Shown here in pieces: positions 29,573 through 39,081 of a stretch of 60,503 nucleotides of DNA. The DNA is from a virus (taxonomy: Duplodnaviria; Caudoviricetes). The first letter of the stretch is position 1, and each line of letters starts with the position of its first letter. The stretch spans positions 1-60,503 of the IMG/VR virus record IMGVR_UViG_3300012143_000004. One strand, written 5' to 3'. The notes beneath the pieces are model-generated. The model saw only the letters and a list, made by a program, of their open reading frames with translations. It searched no databases and was not told where the DNA came from. Made by a program: the position numbers and the translations under genes.

Positions 29573-29779
29573 ATGAAACTAAAAAAAGAAATTGTACAGA
29601 AAATTAATAATGTAGCGGCCAGGCGAAATATTGGCACCAGGTTAAACCTGAGCGACCAAACAGTACAAAAAACCTTAAAATTGAATGCTACAAATAACCG
29701 GCTAACCAGGGCTGATGCATTGCTGGCCATTAGCCAGGAAGTGAAAGTTAAAAACCTGCAGGATTTAATTGAGGCATAA
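29573..29779 (+). CDS. Small Cro-like HTH regulator
   Basis: RRNIGTRLNLSDQTVQKTLK helix-turn-helix-like pattern; first gene of the replication operon. Confidence 0.6.
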   Translation: MKLKKEIVQKINNVAARRNIGTRLNLSDQTVQKTLKLNATNNRLTRADALLAISQEVKVKNLQDLIEA

Positions 29780-29982
29780 AAAAAGGAGCCATTTGCGCGA
29801 CCAAATGACCCCTAAAAGAAATAAAAAACACGACCAATAAGGAGCAAATATATGAAAAAACTAACTAGGGTATTTTTTCACCCGAAACCCAAAGCAACCC
29901 AAAAAATTAAACTGCAGGATGCAGTTGCAATTATTAAATTAACCTGGCATATTAAAAACAAAACAAAAAAATAAAAAACACC

Positions 29983-32154
29983 ATGAAAAAAATTAGTTTG
30001 TTAGCACTGCACATGAGAAATTTTAAGGGCCTGGAAAACTTAGAGGTAATATTTGATGGCCATGATTTAGACATTTACGGGGAAAACGAAAGCGGAAAAT
30101 CTACAATAGTAACCGGGTTTATTTGGTTACTTACTGGCAAAGATGAATTTAACCGGCAGGATTATGGAATTAAAAACACAGTTAAAAAAGAACTTAATTC
30201 ACAGGCCCATGAAGTGGAAGCCGTTTTTGATGTAACAGGTAAGGGCCCGGTAAGATTGAAAAGGGTTTACCTGGAAGTTTGGACAAAACCAAAAGGGCAA
30301 AGTACCAAAGTATTTTCAGGCCATACCACCACATTTTATTTTAATGATGTGCCATGTAATGCCACAGAATACCAGGCTAAAATTGATGAAATTATACCAG
30401 CTGATTTAATTAGGCTACTTAGTAACCCCACCCATTTTACAGGCCTGGCCTGGCAACAGCAAAGGGCAGAACTTTTGAAAGTTGCTGGTGATATAACTAA
30501 CGACCAGGTGATAAATGAACTTACCAAAGGAACCCAGGAAAGGAAAACGGATTTTACCACATTAAATTTTGTTTTATCCACTGGTAAAACATTGGATGAT
30601 TACAAAAAAGAACTGGGAGCAAAGAAAGCATTATTGAAAAAGGCAGCCCTGGAATTTAGCCCCCGTATAGCAGAGGTAAAACGCAGTTTGCAAACTATTC
30701 CTGCAGCTGATTGGGAGCATTTACAGCGGCAAATTGATGATATTAATATTTTAATAGGTGATATTGATACACAGCTGGAAGATGCCAGCAAAGCAGCTGC
30801 AGCGGCAAATAAAGCCATAGTGGATAAACAGTTATTTATGTATAAAAGGCAGGGGGTTTATAATGACCTGAAAAATAAAACCCTGGTGGATTTACAGGCC
30901 AAACAGAATGCAAAAAATGGTGAATTATATAAACTGCACCATGATATAAAAACGGAAACCACCACATTAAACCAAAAAAGGCAACAGCAACAGGGCCAGC
31001 AAAAAAATATTGAAGCGTATAAATTAACCATTGAAACTTTAAATAACAGGATTGAAGGGTACCGGGGGGAGTGGAGGAAAATAAACGCCGAAACTTTTAT
31101 TTTCGATGATGCAAAATGCCAGTGCCCAACGTGTGGCCAGCAGCTACAGCCGGAAACCATTGCGGAAAAAATGGAAACCCTGAAAGCCAATTTTTTGAAA
31201 GACCAAACCAGCCGCAAAAATTACCTGGTGGAACGTAGCAACCAGGTAAAAGCTGAAATTAACCAGCACCAAACCACCATTGACCTGATAAACGAAACCG
31301 ATTTAACAGAGGATATAAAAGAACATGAAAACCAGCTGGAAGCCCTGCAGCATAAATTAAAAGAAGTGCCAGCGGCCATTACTGTAATGGATATTGAAGC
31401 CAGCGCCGAGGCCCTGTTAAAAGTTAATGAAGATGCATTATATCTACAGGACGAAATAAAGGCCCTGGGGGTGGAAATAACGGGAATGCAGGCAAAGGCC
31501 AGCCAGCCGGCTAATGAGGGCCTGAAAGCCACCAAACTGGCCCTGTATGAGCAATTAAAACCATTATTAAACCAGCTGGCACAAAAGGAAACTATTGAGT
31601 ACAGCAAAAAGCGAATTACACAGCTGATGGAAGAGGAAAAAGCAAACGCCCAGGCCATTGCAGATGTGGAAAATTTGGAGTATGACATAGAAACATTTAC
31701 CAGGGCTAAGATGGATATTTTAGAACACCGGGTTAACGCCATGTTTACCTATGTAAGTTTTCGGTTATTTGAAACCCAGGTTAATGGGGGTATTGCAGAA
31801 ACCTGCACAGCTGAATACAAAGGGGTGCCATTCGCCATTTTAAATACAGCGGCAAAAATGTTATGCGGGGTAGATATTATTTACACCTTATCCAAATTTT
31901 ATAAAATAGAAATGCCCATATTTGTGGACAACAGAGAAAGCGTTACAATGTTACCAAACAGAACCGGCCAGTTAATTAGTTTGTTTGTAAGTGAAAAAGA
32001 TAAAACATTAAGGTTTGAAAAACCCACCAGTAAAAGCAGGAAAACTGCAGCGGCAAAGGAGGCGAAATTAATTATACATGAAGAGCCGGAAACATTCAGG
32101 GTAACATTAAACAGCGAACAAATAAAACAGCAACGCGATAACACAGCATATTAA
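29983..32154 (+). CDS. SbcC/Rad50-like ATPase
   Basis: Walker A GENESGKST, long coiled coil, CPTCGQ zinc hook, IFVDNRES Walker B/D-loop. Confidence 0.85.
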   Translation: MKKISLLALHMRNFKGLENLEVIFDGHDLDIYGENESGKSTIVTGFIWLLTGKDEFNRQDYGIKNTVKKELNSQAHEVEAVFDVTGKGPVRLKRVYLEVWTKPKGQSTKVFSGHTTTFYFNDVPCNATEYQAKIDEIIPADLIRLLSNPTHFTGLAWQQQRAELLKVAGDITNDQVINELTKGTQERKTDFTTLNFVLSTGKTLDDYKKELGAKKALLKKAALEFSPRIAEVKRSLQTIPAADWEHLQRQIDDINILIGDIDTQLEDASKAAAAANKAIVDKQLFMYKRQGVYNDLKNKTLVDLQAKQNAKNGELYKLHHDIKTETTTLNQKRQQQQGQQKNIEAYKLTIETLNNRIEGYRGEWRKINAETFIFDDAKCQCPTCGQQLQPETIAEKMETLKANFLKDQTSRKNYLVERSNQVKAEINQHQTTIDLINETDLTEDIKEHENQLEALQHKLKEVPAAITVMDIEASAEALLKVNEDALYLQDEIKALGVEITGMQAKASQPANEGLKATKLALYEQLKPLLNQLAQKETIEYSKKRITQLMEEEKANAQAIADVENLEYDIETFTRAKMDILEHRVNAMFTYVSFRLFETQVNGGIAETCTAEYKGVPFAILNTAAKMLCGVDIIYTLSKFYKIEMPIFVDNRESVTMLPNRTGQLISLFVSEKDKTLRFEKPTSKSRKTAAAKEAKLIIHEEPETFRVTLNSEQIKQQRDNTAY

Positions 32155-32181
32155 TTTTTTAACCAGTTTAATTTTTATTTT

Positions 32182-33027
32182 ATGACAGGAAACACGACAG
32201 ATTTAACACAGGCAAAGAAAGTACCCACTAAGGTGGATATTTTAAAAAACGTTATTAACGCCCCGAGCATTCAGGAAGAGTTTAGAAAGGTATGGGCAGA
32301 AAATGCAGGGGCCTTTATGGCCAGCATTTTAGAATTGTTTATGAGTGATGGCAGTTTGCAAAATTGCGACCCTGGCAAAGTGGTAGGGGAGGCATTAAAG
32401 GCAGCCAGTTTAAAGTTGCCCATAAACAAAAGCCTGGGTTTTGCTTACATTATACCCTATAATGAAAGCTACCAGGAAAATGGGGCCTGGAAAAAAAGGT
32501 TAATCCCACAGTTTCAATTAGGCTATAAAGGCCTAATACAGCTGGCAATGAGAACCGGCCAATATAAAATAATAAATGCTGATAAAGTTTATGCTGGTGA
32601 ACTGCAAAAGGTGGATAAGCTAACCGGCACCTTTGACATTAACGGCACTAAAACCAGTGATGAAATAGTGGGGTATTTTGCCTATATCGAAATGTTAAAC
32701 GGGTTTTCCAAAACTTTGTACATGACAAAGGAGCAGGTTATAACCCATGCAAAAAAATACAGTAAAAGTTATACCACCAAAGGGGGCACCTGGGAAAAAG
32801 AACCGGACGCCATGAGCATTAAAACGGTATTGAGGAATTTAATTGCACGTTATGGTATTTTGTCAATTGATATGCAGAAAGCCATTGCAAAAGATATTGA
32901 GGCCGACAGTGTGGAAGATATTACAGCGGATATTATTAACACCAACGCCAATAAAACAGAAATGGGGTTTGAAGATGCCCAGGTAATAAATGATAATGAC
33001 AAAGCAAAAGATGATTGCCCTATTTAA
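32182..33027 (+). CDS. recT: RecT-family single-strand annealing protein
   Basis: LGFAYIIPY..QFQLGYKGLIQLAMRTGQY..M..KTVLR motifs. Confidence 0.9.
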   Translation: MTGNTTDLTQAKKVPTKVDILKNVINAPSIQEEFRKVWAENAGAFMASILELFMSDGSLQNCDPGKVVGEALKAASLKLPINKSLGFAYIIPYNESYQENGAWKKRLIPQFQLGYKGLIQLAMRTGQYKIINADKVYAGELQKVDKLTGTFDINGTKTSDEIVGYFAYIEMLNGFSKTLYMTKEQVITHAKKYSKSYTTKGGTWEKEPDAMSIKTVLRNLIARYGILSIDMQKAIAKDIEADSVEDITADIINTNANKTEMGFEDAQVINDNDKAKDDCPI

Positions 33028-33070
33028 ATAACGGGGGCCAGTATTGATACTGGCCCTTTAAATTTAACCC

Positions 33071-33796
33071 ATGAAATTAAAAGTGATACACAGCAACAGC
33101 GCCGGGAATTGTTATATTTTGGAGGCCACCAACGGGGAAAAATTAATGATTGATTGCGGGGTACACATAGACAAAATAAAAAAGGCCCTGGGGTTTGATT
33201 ACAGGCATGTAAATGTAATTGTAACACATAGCCACAACGACCATGCAAAGAGCCTGGAAGCCCTATTAAAAGCCGGGATAAGTGTTTATGCCAGTTTTGC
33301 TACCCATGAAGCCACCGGAACAGATACCCACCACAGAGCCCATTATTTTTTACCTGGGGTAAGTGTACAAATAGGGGATTTTAAAGTAAAGCCATTTAGT
33401 GTTAATCATGATGTACCCACCCTGGGATTTTTAATTTTCCACCCTGAAAGCGGCCTAACATTATTTTTAACTGATACCTTTTTTTGTGATTATACATTCC
33501 CCAGGTTAAATAATATAATTGTGGAATGTAACCACGAAATGGGCCTGGTGAAAAATAATGGTACCCCTACTTTTTTAAGTGATAGAATTATACAAAGCCA
33601 CATGAATTTAGACACCTGCAAAAAATTATTGATGGCTAACAATTTAACCCAGGTTAACAATATTGTTTTAATTCACCTGAGCGACAGAAATTCAGACGCG
33701 AAATATTTTAAACAAACCATTACAGAGTTAACCGGAAAAAATGTATCAGTAGCGGAACCCGGTTTAGTAATTGATTTTAATAAAACAGCCATTTAA
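33071..33796 (+). CDS. Metallo-beta-lactamase-fold hydrolase (exonuclease partner of RecT)
   Basis: SNSAGNCY, IDCG, THSHNDH, HD, ECNH and HLS motifs. Confidence 0.88.
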   Translation: MKLKVIHSNSAGNCYILEATNGEKLMIDCGVHIDKIKKALGFDYRHVNVIVTHSHNDHAKSLEALLKAGISVYASFATHEATGTDTHHRAHYFLPGVSVQIGDFKVKPFSVNHDVPTLGFLIFHPESGLTLFLTDTFFCDYTFPRLNNIIVECNHEMGLVKNNGTPTFLSDRIIQSHMNLDTCKKLLMANNLTQVNNIVLIHLSDRNSDAKYFKQTITELTGKNVSVAEPGLVIDFNKTAI

Positions 33797-33797
33797 A

Positions 33798-34010
33798 ATG
33801 AACATTAAAAGAATAAAACAAAACAACCCCAAAGAATTTATTAATGATTTAAAAAGTGTTAGGGAGGTAATGATTAAAGCAACGCAAACAGGGATTTTTT
33901 TACAGGTTAGAAAAATTGATTTAGTAAGCGAAGCGGAAAACAGAAAAATTAATTATTACATGACCGATGAAATTTTTGTTAGAAAAAGAAATGTAATGAT
34001 AGTAATTTAA
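33798..34010 (+). CDS. Hypothetical protein
   Basis: ATG directly after the MBL gene. Confidence 0.6.
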   Translation: MNIKRIKQNNPKEFINDLKSVREVMIKATQTGIFLQVRKIDLVSEAENRKINYYMTDEIFVRKRNVMIVI

Positions 34011-34036
34011 AACACAAACAAATAAAAAACACCACC

Positions 34037-34246
34037 ATGAAAAAGTTAGTATTAAGCGCCCTGGTATTGATAGCGACCAGCTGCAGTAAAGATGATTTAA
34101 AAAGTTGCTGGGTATGTACCCAGGGGGATAAACAAACAACCGTTTGCGGAACGGAAGCCCAGGCCCAGGCGAAGTTTTTAACCACCCCCACTGGGGATAG
34201 TGCAACAGATAGCAACACCTTTAATTTTCACTGCAAAAAGAAATAA
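34037..34246 (+). CDS. Small Cys-rich lipoprotein
   Basis: Signal peptide II MKKLVLSALVLIATS-C. Confidence 0.75.
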   Translation: MKKLVLSALVLIATSCSKDDLKSCWVCTQGDKQTTVCGTEAQAQAKFLTTPTGDSATDSNTFNFHCKKK

Positions 34247-34250
34247 AAAC

Positions 34251-34583
34251 ATGACCTTAGAACAGTTAGTAAGCGGCGAATTTTGCCCCATTACCGGGGT
34301 GGGGGTAACAGTATTAGGTTTAATTAGTAATTCAAAGCTGGGGAATAAACCACCTGGTTATTATTACTGCAAAGATGATAGGAATAACGAAACACCAGCC
34401 TATAAACCCCCACCAGTACCACCGCCCCCGGCCCCGGAAAAAAAGAAGTACAGCGCAAAAAGGAAAGGGTTAACCGATGAACAAAAAAAATATTATAAGG
34501 AGTTATATTGGAAAAAAAGGCGGCAAAAATTGACAATGTATGAAAGCTATAAATTGCAATTAACCCAGGCCCAGCAGCAATAA
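34251..34583 (+). CDS. Hypothetical protein, paralog of 34929-35249
   Basis: MTL.QL.SG.FCP.TG...SNS.L..KPPGY..C shared N-terminus. Confidence 0.7.
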   Translation: MTLEQLVSGEFCPITGVGVTVLGLISNSKLGNKPPGYYYCKDDRNNETPAYKPPPVPPPPAPEKKKYSAKRKGLTDEQKKYYKELYWKKRRQKLTMYESYKLQLTQAQQQ

Positions 34584-34626
34584 AAGATTTACCCCAGGCA
34601 TAAAACCTGGGGTTTATTTTTACGGG

Positions 34627-34848
34627 GTGAATGAAACCAAACCAGGCCCAGGATGGGTTAAAGTAGTGGAGGCAGGGGATTGTATTTACCAGGCCTGGGA
34701 TATTGACCATGAGTGCCCCACATGCCCCCAGTGTGGCCAGGATTATGCAGAATGCAGTTGCCCTGGGCCCCACCAGGATGATATCTTTGATTACAAAGAA
34801 ATAAATGGGGATTTATACGCCAAACCAAAAAAAAATACCCCCAAATAA
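34627..34848 (+). CDS. Cys-rich putative zinc-binding protein
   Basis: CPTCPQCGQDYAECSCPGP. Confidence 0.6.
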   Translation: MNETKPGPGWVKVVEAGDCIYQAWDIDHECPTCPQCGQDYAECSCPGPHQDDIFDYKEINGDLYAKPKKNTPK

Positions 34849-34928
34849 TTAACAGTAGGAAAAATGCAGTACAGTTTTATTTTTGCCGCCGGTACCGCGA
34901 TTTATTAAACCTGGCAATTTTTAATAGC

Positions 34929-35249
34929 ATGACCTTACGCCAATTACTAAGCGGGAAATTTTGCCCGTTTACCGGAATTGAAGCAAAAATTTTAAATACT
35001 GTAAGTAATTCACGTTTAGCCGATAAGCCCCCCGGTTATTTTTTTTGCCTGGAAGAGCCGGAAAGTGTGGAAAATAAAACCGACCCTGCAGAGCCCCCAC
35101 AGCCGTACATTGCAAACCCCAAAAAACCCACCAGCCGGGGGGATAGGAGCGCCTATTTTAAAGAATGGTACCAGGCCCATAAACAGCGAAAACATGATTT
35201 ATATGTAAAAAGAAAAATAAAAAACAGCCAAAATGGAAACGTCAATTGA
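34929..35249 (+). CDS. Hypothetical protein, paralog of 34251-34583
   Basis: Shared N-terminal domain and basic C-terminus. Confidence 0.7.
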   Translation: MTLRQLLSGKFCPFTGIEAKILNTVSNSRLADKPPGYFFCLEEPESVENKTDPAEPPQPYIANPKKPTSRGDRSAYFKEWYQAHKQRKHDLYVKRKIKNSQNGNVN

Positions 35250-36213
35250 ATGGTGCAGTACAACGGGGCCAAACGGGGAAACTTACCCAGGTTATACATT
35301 TTCGCCCTGGTGGGGATGCATGAAAGTAAGCCCAGCATGTAAACATTGTTATGCGGAAACATTCGCGGAAAGGTTTAGCCCTGGATTGTGGGGCCCTGCA
35401 GCCACCACCCAGCGCAAAACAGCCAGCGCCGGGTATTGGAAACAGCCATTGTACTGGAATTTAAAAGCCAGCAGATTAGAAACCCGGTTAAAGGTTTTTT
35501 GTGCCAGCATGGCTGATGTATTCGAGCAACATAAACAGCTACCAGTTTTAAGGGAAAGGTTATGGAATTTAATAACCATTACCCCAAACCTGGATTGGCT
35601 ATTATTGACAAAGAGGCCTGAAAATGTACTGGAAATGATACCCGAAACATGGCGGGGAGCATTACCGGCTAATGTATGGGTGGGTACCAGTGTGGAAAGC
35701 CAGGGTTATGCAAATGAGCGAATACCACACCTTTTAAAAGTGCCAGCCAGGGTACTTTTTTTAAGTTGCGAACCCCTGCAGGGGCACGTTGATTTAACCA
35801 GGCTGATTAGGGAGGAAAGGGGGATTGCGTATGTAGATGATTGTTTAACCGGGTTTAAAGCACATGGCCAGGGGGGCTGGTATGGGCCAAAAATTAACTG
35901 GGTAATTGCTGGGGGGGAAAGTGGCAGGGATGCCAGCCCGAGCCACCCCCAATGGTTTAGAAGTTTACGCGACCAATGCAAAACTGCAGGGGTGCCATTT
36001 TTTTTTAAACAATGGGGTGAATACCTGGTTTATACCCCCGATAAAGAAAATAAAGAAAACCGCACAGCCCAGTTAACCCTAAGCAAACCCGAAAATTATT
36101 TTGATGGCCGTATATGGTTTGAAAACGAACCGGAAGCCCATGCAGTAAGAATGGGTAAACATGGAGCCGGTAATTTATTGGACGGAAAAAAATATTTAGA
36201 AATGCCAGTTTAG
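35233..36213 (+). CDS. Phage Gp37/Gp68 (DUF5131) family, radical-SAM-like protein
   Basis: TSIEW, PWWGCMKVSPACKHCYAE, VFCASMADVF, LLTKRP, FLSCEPL, WVIAGGESG and FFFKQWG motifs. Confidence 0.9.
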   Translation: METSIEWCSTTGPNGETYPGYTFSPWWGCMKVSPACKHCYAETFAERFSPGLWGPAATTQRKTASAGYWKQPLYWNLKASRLETRLKVFCASMADVFEQHKQLPVLRERLWNLITITPNLDWLLLTKRPENVLEMIPETWRGALPANVWVGTSVESQGYANERIPHLLKVPARVLFLSCEPLQGHVDLTRLIREERGIAYVDDCLTGFKAHGQGGWYGPKINWVIAGGESGRDASPSHPQWFRSLRDQCKTAGVPFFFKQWGEYLVYTPDKENKENRTAQLTLSKPENYFDGRIWFENEPEAHAVRMGKHGAGNLLDGKKYLEMPV

Positions 36214-36377
36214 TATAAATTATGACGTATATTAGCCCCCATAATTCCATTCACATTAGGCCAGGGGTGAGAATGGAATTTAGTTTTAATTTCTAATTAA
36301 AGTCATTTACAGCAGGGCTGGCCCCCTAAAGTAAATGGCTTTTTTTATTGACCTAACCGATTGAAAATTAATATATA

Positions 36378-37445
36378 ATGGCCAGTTATATAAAATTAGA
36401 CCGTAAAATATTAAAGTGGGAATGGTACAAAGACAGTAAAGTAAAAAGCCTGTTTGCCCACTTACTTTTAATTGCCAGTTTTGAAGATTGCCAATGGCAG
36501 AGCCATGACATAAAGCGGGGCCAGGTTTTAACCGGCAGAAAAGAACTAGCAGAGGAAACCGGATTAACTGAAAAAGAAATAAGAACCGCCCTAAAAAAAT
36601 TAATGTCAACAGGGGAAATTTTAAAGGAAGTTTTTAATAAATTTTCCATAATAACTGTTTGTAATTACGAAAAATACCAGGCAACGTTTAACGGTATTGA
36701 TAGGGCCAGCAAAAATGATGATTTAAATGGTTCAGATTTAGGAACTTATAAAGGTGAAGATATAGGGCAGGGGCCAGCAAAGGGCCAGCAAATGGGCCAG
36801 CAAATGGGCCAGCAAAAAGACGAAAAAAGGGCCAGCAAAAATGATACTGCAAATGATTTATTTTCAGGTAGTTACGAAATCGAAAATTTAGATAGGGGCC
36901 AGCTGGATTTTGAAAAAGGGCCAGCGAAAGGGCCAGCGAATGGGCCACTATTAAAGAATATAAGAAGTAAAGAAGAATACAGTAAAACCAATTCTAATAA
37001 ATTAGAATTGGTAAAAGCGCCGGCAGAGCCAGCGCCACCACCCACAGTTTTAAAAACTGAAAACCCAAATACAACCACCCCCCCAGCCCCCCCGCCGGCC
37101 CGGCCACCAAAACCCCCGCCAAAAAATACCCTGGAAGAAAAACAAACCCAATGTTTGGAACGGGAAAAAATTTTTAAAGCCAGCCTGAAACCGTTTATTG
37201 AATTATACACAATCGAAACCCTAAAGGAATTTTTTGATTATTGGAGCGAACCCGATATTAAAAGCCAAACCCAAATGAGATTTGAAAAGGAAAAAACATG
37301 GGATTTAAAACGCAGGTTGAGAAGATGGACAAAAGACGATAAAAAAAGCAATAATTTACCCAACAATAAAAACACCACCGAAAATGAAACGTACCTACGC
37401 GAAAGGCAGAAACTCATTGAACGCAGCAGAGCAAACAGCGATTGA
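36378..37445 (+). CDS. Phage replication initiator (lambda O-like organisation)
   Basis: YIKLDRKILKWEWY N-terminus, wHTH, internal DNA repeats, C-terminal FFDYWSE..MRFE.EKTW; upstream of DnaB. Confidence 0.8.
   Translation: MASYIKLDRKILKWEWYKDSKVKSLFAHLLLIASFEDCQWQSHDIKRGQVLTGRKELAEETGLTEKEIRTALKKLMSTGEILKEVFNKFSIITVCNYEKYQATFNGIDRASKNDDLNGSDLGTYKGEDIGQGPAKGQQMGQQMGQQKDEKRASKNDTANDLFSGSYEIENLDRGQLDFEKGPAKGPANGPLLKNIRSKEEYSKTNSNKLELVKAPAEPAPPPTVLKTENPNTTTPPAPPPARPPKPPPKNTLEEKQTQCLEREKIFKASLKPFIELYTIETLKEFFDYWSEPDIKSQTQMRFEKEKTWDLKRRLRRWTKDDKKSNNLPNNKNTTENETYLRERQKLIERSRANSD
36703..36948 (+). repeat. Iteron-like repeats (GGGCCAGC x9 plus GGGCCAC), probable replication origin
   Basis: Copies at 36703, 36771, 36782, 36794, 36806, 36829, 36896, 36918 and 36930; partial copy at 36942. 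Confidence 0.75.
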
Positions 37446-38940
37446 TTTAACCACCCTGATTTATGGCAAAGTACCACCCCAGGCCCGCGACCTGGAAGAG
37501 AGCACCCTGGGGGCCATAATGCTGCAGAAAGACGCATTTTTTACAGCAGTGGAATATTTAAAGCCCCAGGCTTTTTATGTGGATAGCCACCAGCGAATAT
37601 TTGAAGCCATGCAGAACATGGCGAACCAGGGCCAGCCCATTGATATTTTAACCGTTACTGAGGAAATGAGAAAACGTGATGAACTGGAAGTGATTGGAGG
37701 CCCGTATTTCATAACCAAACTAACCAACAGCGTAGTAAGTGCAGCCCATTTGGATGCCCATTGTAAAATCATAGTTCAAAAATTTATACAGAGGGAGTTA
37801 ATTAGGCTGGGAGTGGAAATATTAAACCAGGGTTATGAAGATAGTACCGATGCATTTGAGTTACTGGAAAAAGCAGAAACGGAACTTTTTAAAATTGGAG
37901 CCGGTAACAGCAAAAAGCCCATTATAAGCCTGGAAAATTTAGCATACCCGGCCCTGCAGAAAATCGAAAATTTGATGCAGAACAAAAACACCGTTACTGG
38001 TGTACCCACCGGGTTTTTGGTTTTGGATAACCCTACAGGTGGCTGGCAGCCCACTGATTTAATTATTTTGGCGGCCAGGCCCAGTGTAGGAAAAACAGCC
38101 TTTGCATTGAACCTGGCCAGGAATGCAGCCACCCACCCGGTAAAGCCCACCCCAGTGGGAATGTTTAGCCTGGAAATGAGCAACGAGCAATTAATGCAGC
38201 GTTTGATATCCACCACCAGCCAGGTGCCATTACAGAACATAAGCCGGGGCAGGCTGGAAGAGTGGCAACATGCTAAGGTTTACCAGGCCGTAAAGGGCCT
38301 GGCAGAATTACCCATTTACCTGGATGATAGCGCAGCCCTGAATATTTTTGAACTGAGGGCAAAGGCCAGGCGAATGGTAAGCGTTTACAAAGTGGGTTTG
38401 ATAATTGTGGATTACCTGCAGCTGATGGCAGGAACAGTGGAGGGGAAAGGGAACAGGGAGCAGGTGATTAGTGAAATAACCAGGGGTTTAAAAGGCATTG
38501 CAAAGGATTTGGAGGTGCCCATTATAGCCCTGAGCCAATTAAACCGGGAACCGGAAAAAAGGCAGGGAGGGGTACCAGTATTGGCAGATTTACGGGAAAG
38601 CGGGGCAATAGAACAGGATGCAGATTTGGTAGCTTTTTTATACCGGCCCGATTACCAAACGGAAGCCGAGAAAATCGACCCTACATGGCGTAACGATGCA
38701 TTTATGAAAATTGCTAAACACCGCAACGGGGCCCTGGAAACTTTGCCCTTTAAAACAGATTTAAAAATTCAAACCTGGTTTGATGAAACAGCATGGCGGG
38801 ATTATACAGGCGAAGGTTTTACCATTTACCAGCCGGCCCAGTTACCACCCATTAAGCCGGTTAACGGTTTACCCAGGATAACAAAGCCGGCCCCGGATAA
38901 CTGGTTTGAGAGCCGGAATAAAGAGGATGATTTGATTTAA
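37384..38940 (+). CDS. dnaB: Replicative DNA helicase
   Basis: GKVPPQA, AARPSVGKT, FSLEMS, IVDYLQL, LSQLNR, DLRESGAIEQDAD and IAKHRNG motifs. Confidence 0.97.
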   Translation: MKRTYAKGRNSLNAAEQTAIDLTTLIYGKVPPQARDLEESTLGAIMLQKDAFFTAVEYLKPQAFYVDSHQRIFEAMQNMANQGQPIDILTVTEEMRKRDELEVIGGPYFITKLTNSVVSAAHLDAHCKIIVQKFIQRELIRLGVEILNQGYEDSTDAFELLEKAETELFKIGAGNSKKPIISLENLAYPALQKIENLMQNKNTVTGVPTGFLVLDNPTGGWQPTDLIILAARPSVGKTAFALNLARNAATHPVKPTPVGMFSLEMSNEQLMQRLISTTSQVPLQNISRGRLEEWQHAKVYQAVKGLAELPIYLDDSAALNIFELRAKARRMVSVYKVGLIIVDYLQLMAGTVEGKGNREQVISEITRGLKGIAKDLEVPIIALSQLNREPEKRQGGVPVLADLRESGAIEQDADLVAFLYRPDYQTEAEKIDPTWRNDAFMKIAKHRNGALETLPFKTDLKIQTWFDETAWRDYTGEGFTIYQPAQLPPIKPVNGLPRITKPAPDNWFESRNKEDDLI

Positions 38941-39081
38941 CCAAAATAAGGCGATTTAAGCCCCTGTTTTTTTTGGTTGATAGGATTACACCACCCCGAC
39001 CCCATAAAGCGATTTTTAAAGGCATAACCCCCCCCTAAAAACACAGGTTTGGAAAATTGATTGATAGCCAAAATTTAAAAA

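Noticed and set aside
29852-29974. 40-aa basic ORF between the HTH and SbcC-like genes
   Set aside because: It is short and A-rich with no recognisable motif, so it is not listed as a feature; it is mentioned only as a possible antisense target.
36703-36948. GGGCCAGC repeats as a mini-CRISPR
   Set aside because: The units are 8 bp with irregular short spacing inside a CDS, which fits iterons.
38941-39081. Intergenic gap after dnaB as a tRNA or ncRNA
   Set aside because: I could not identify a cloverleaf, a T-loop motif or a convincing stem.
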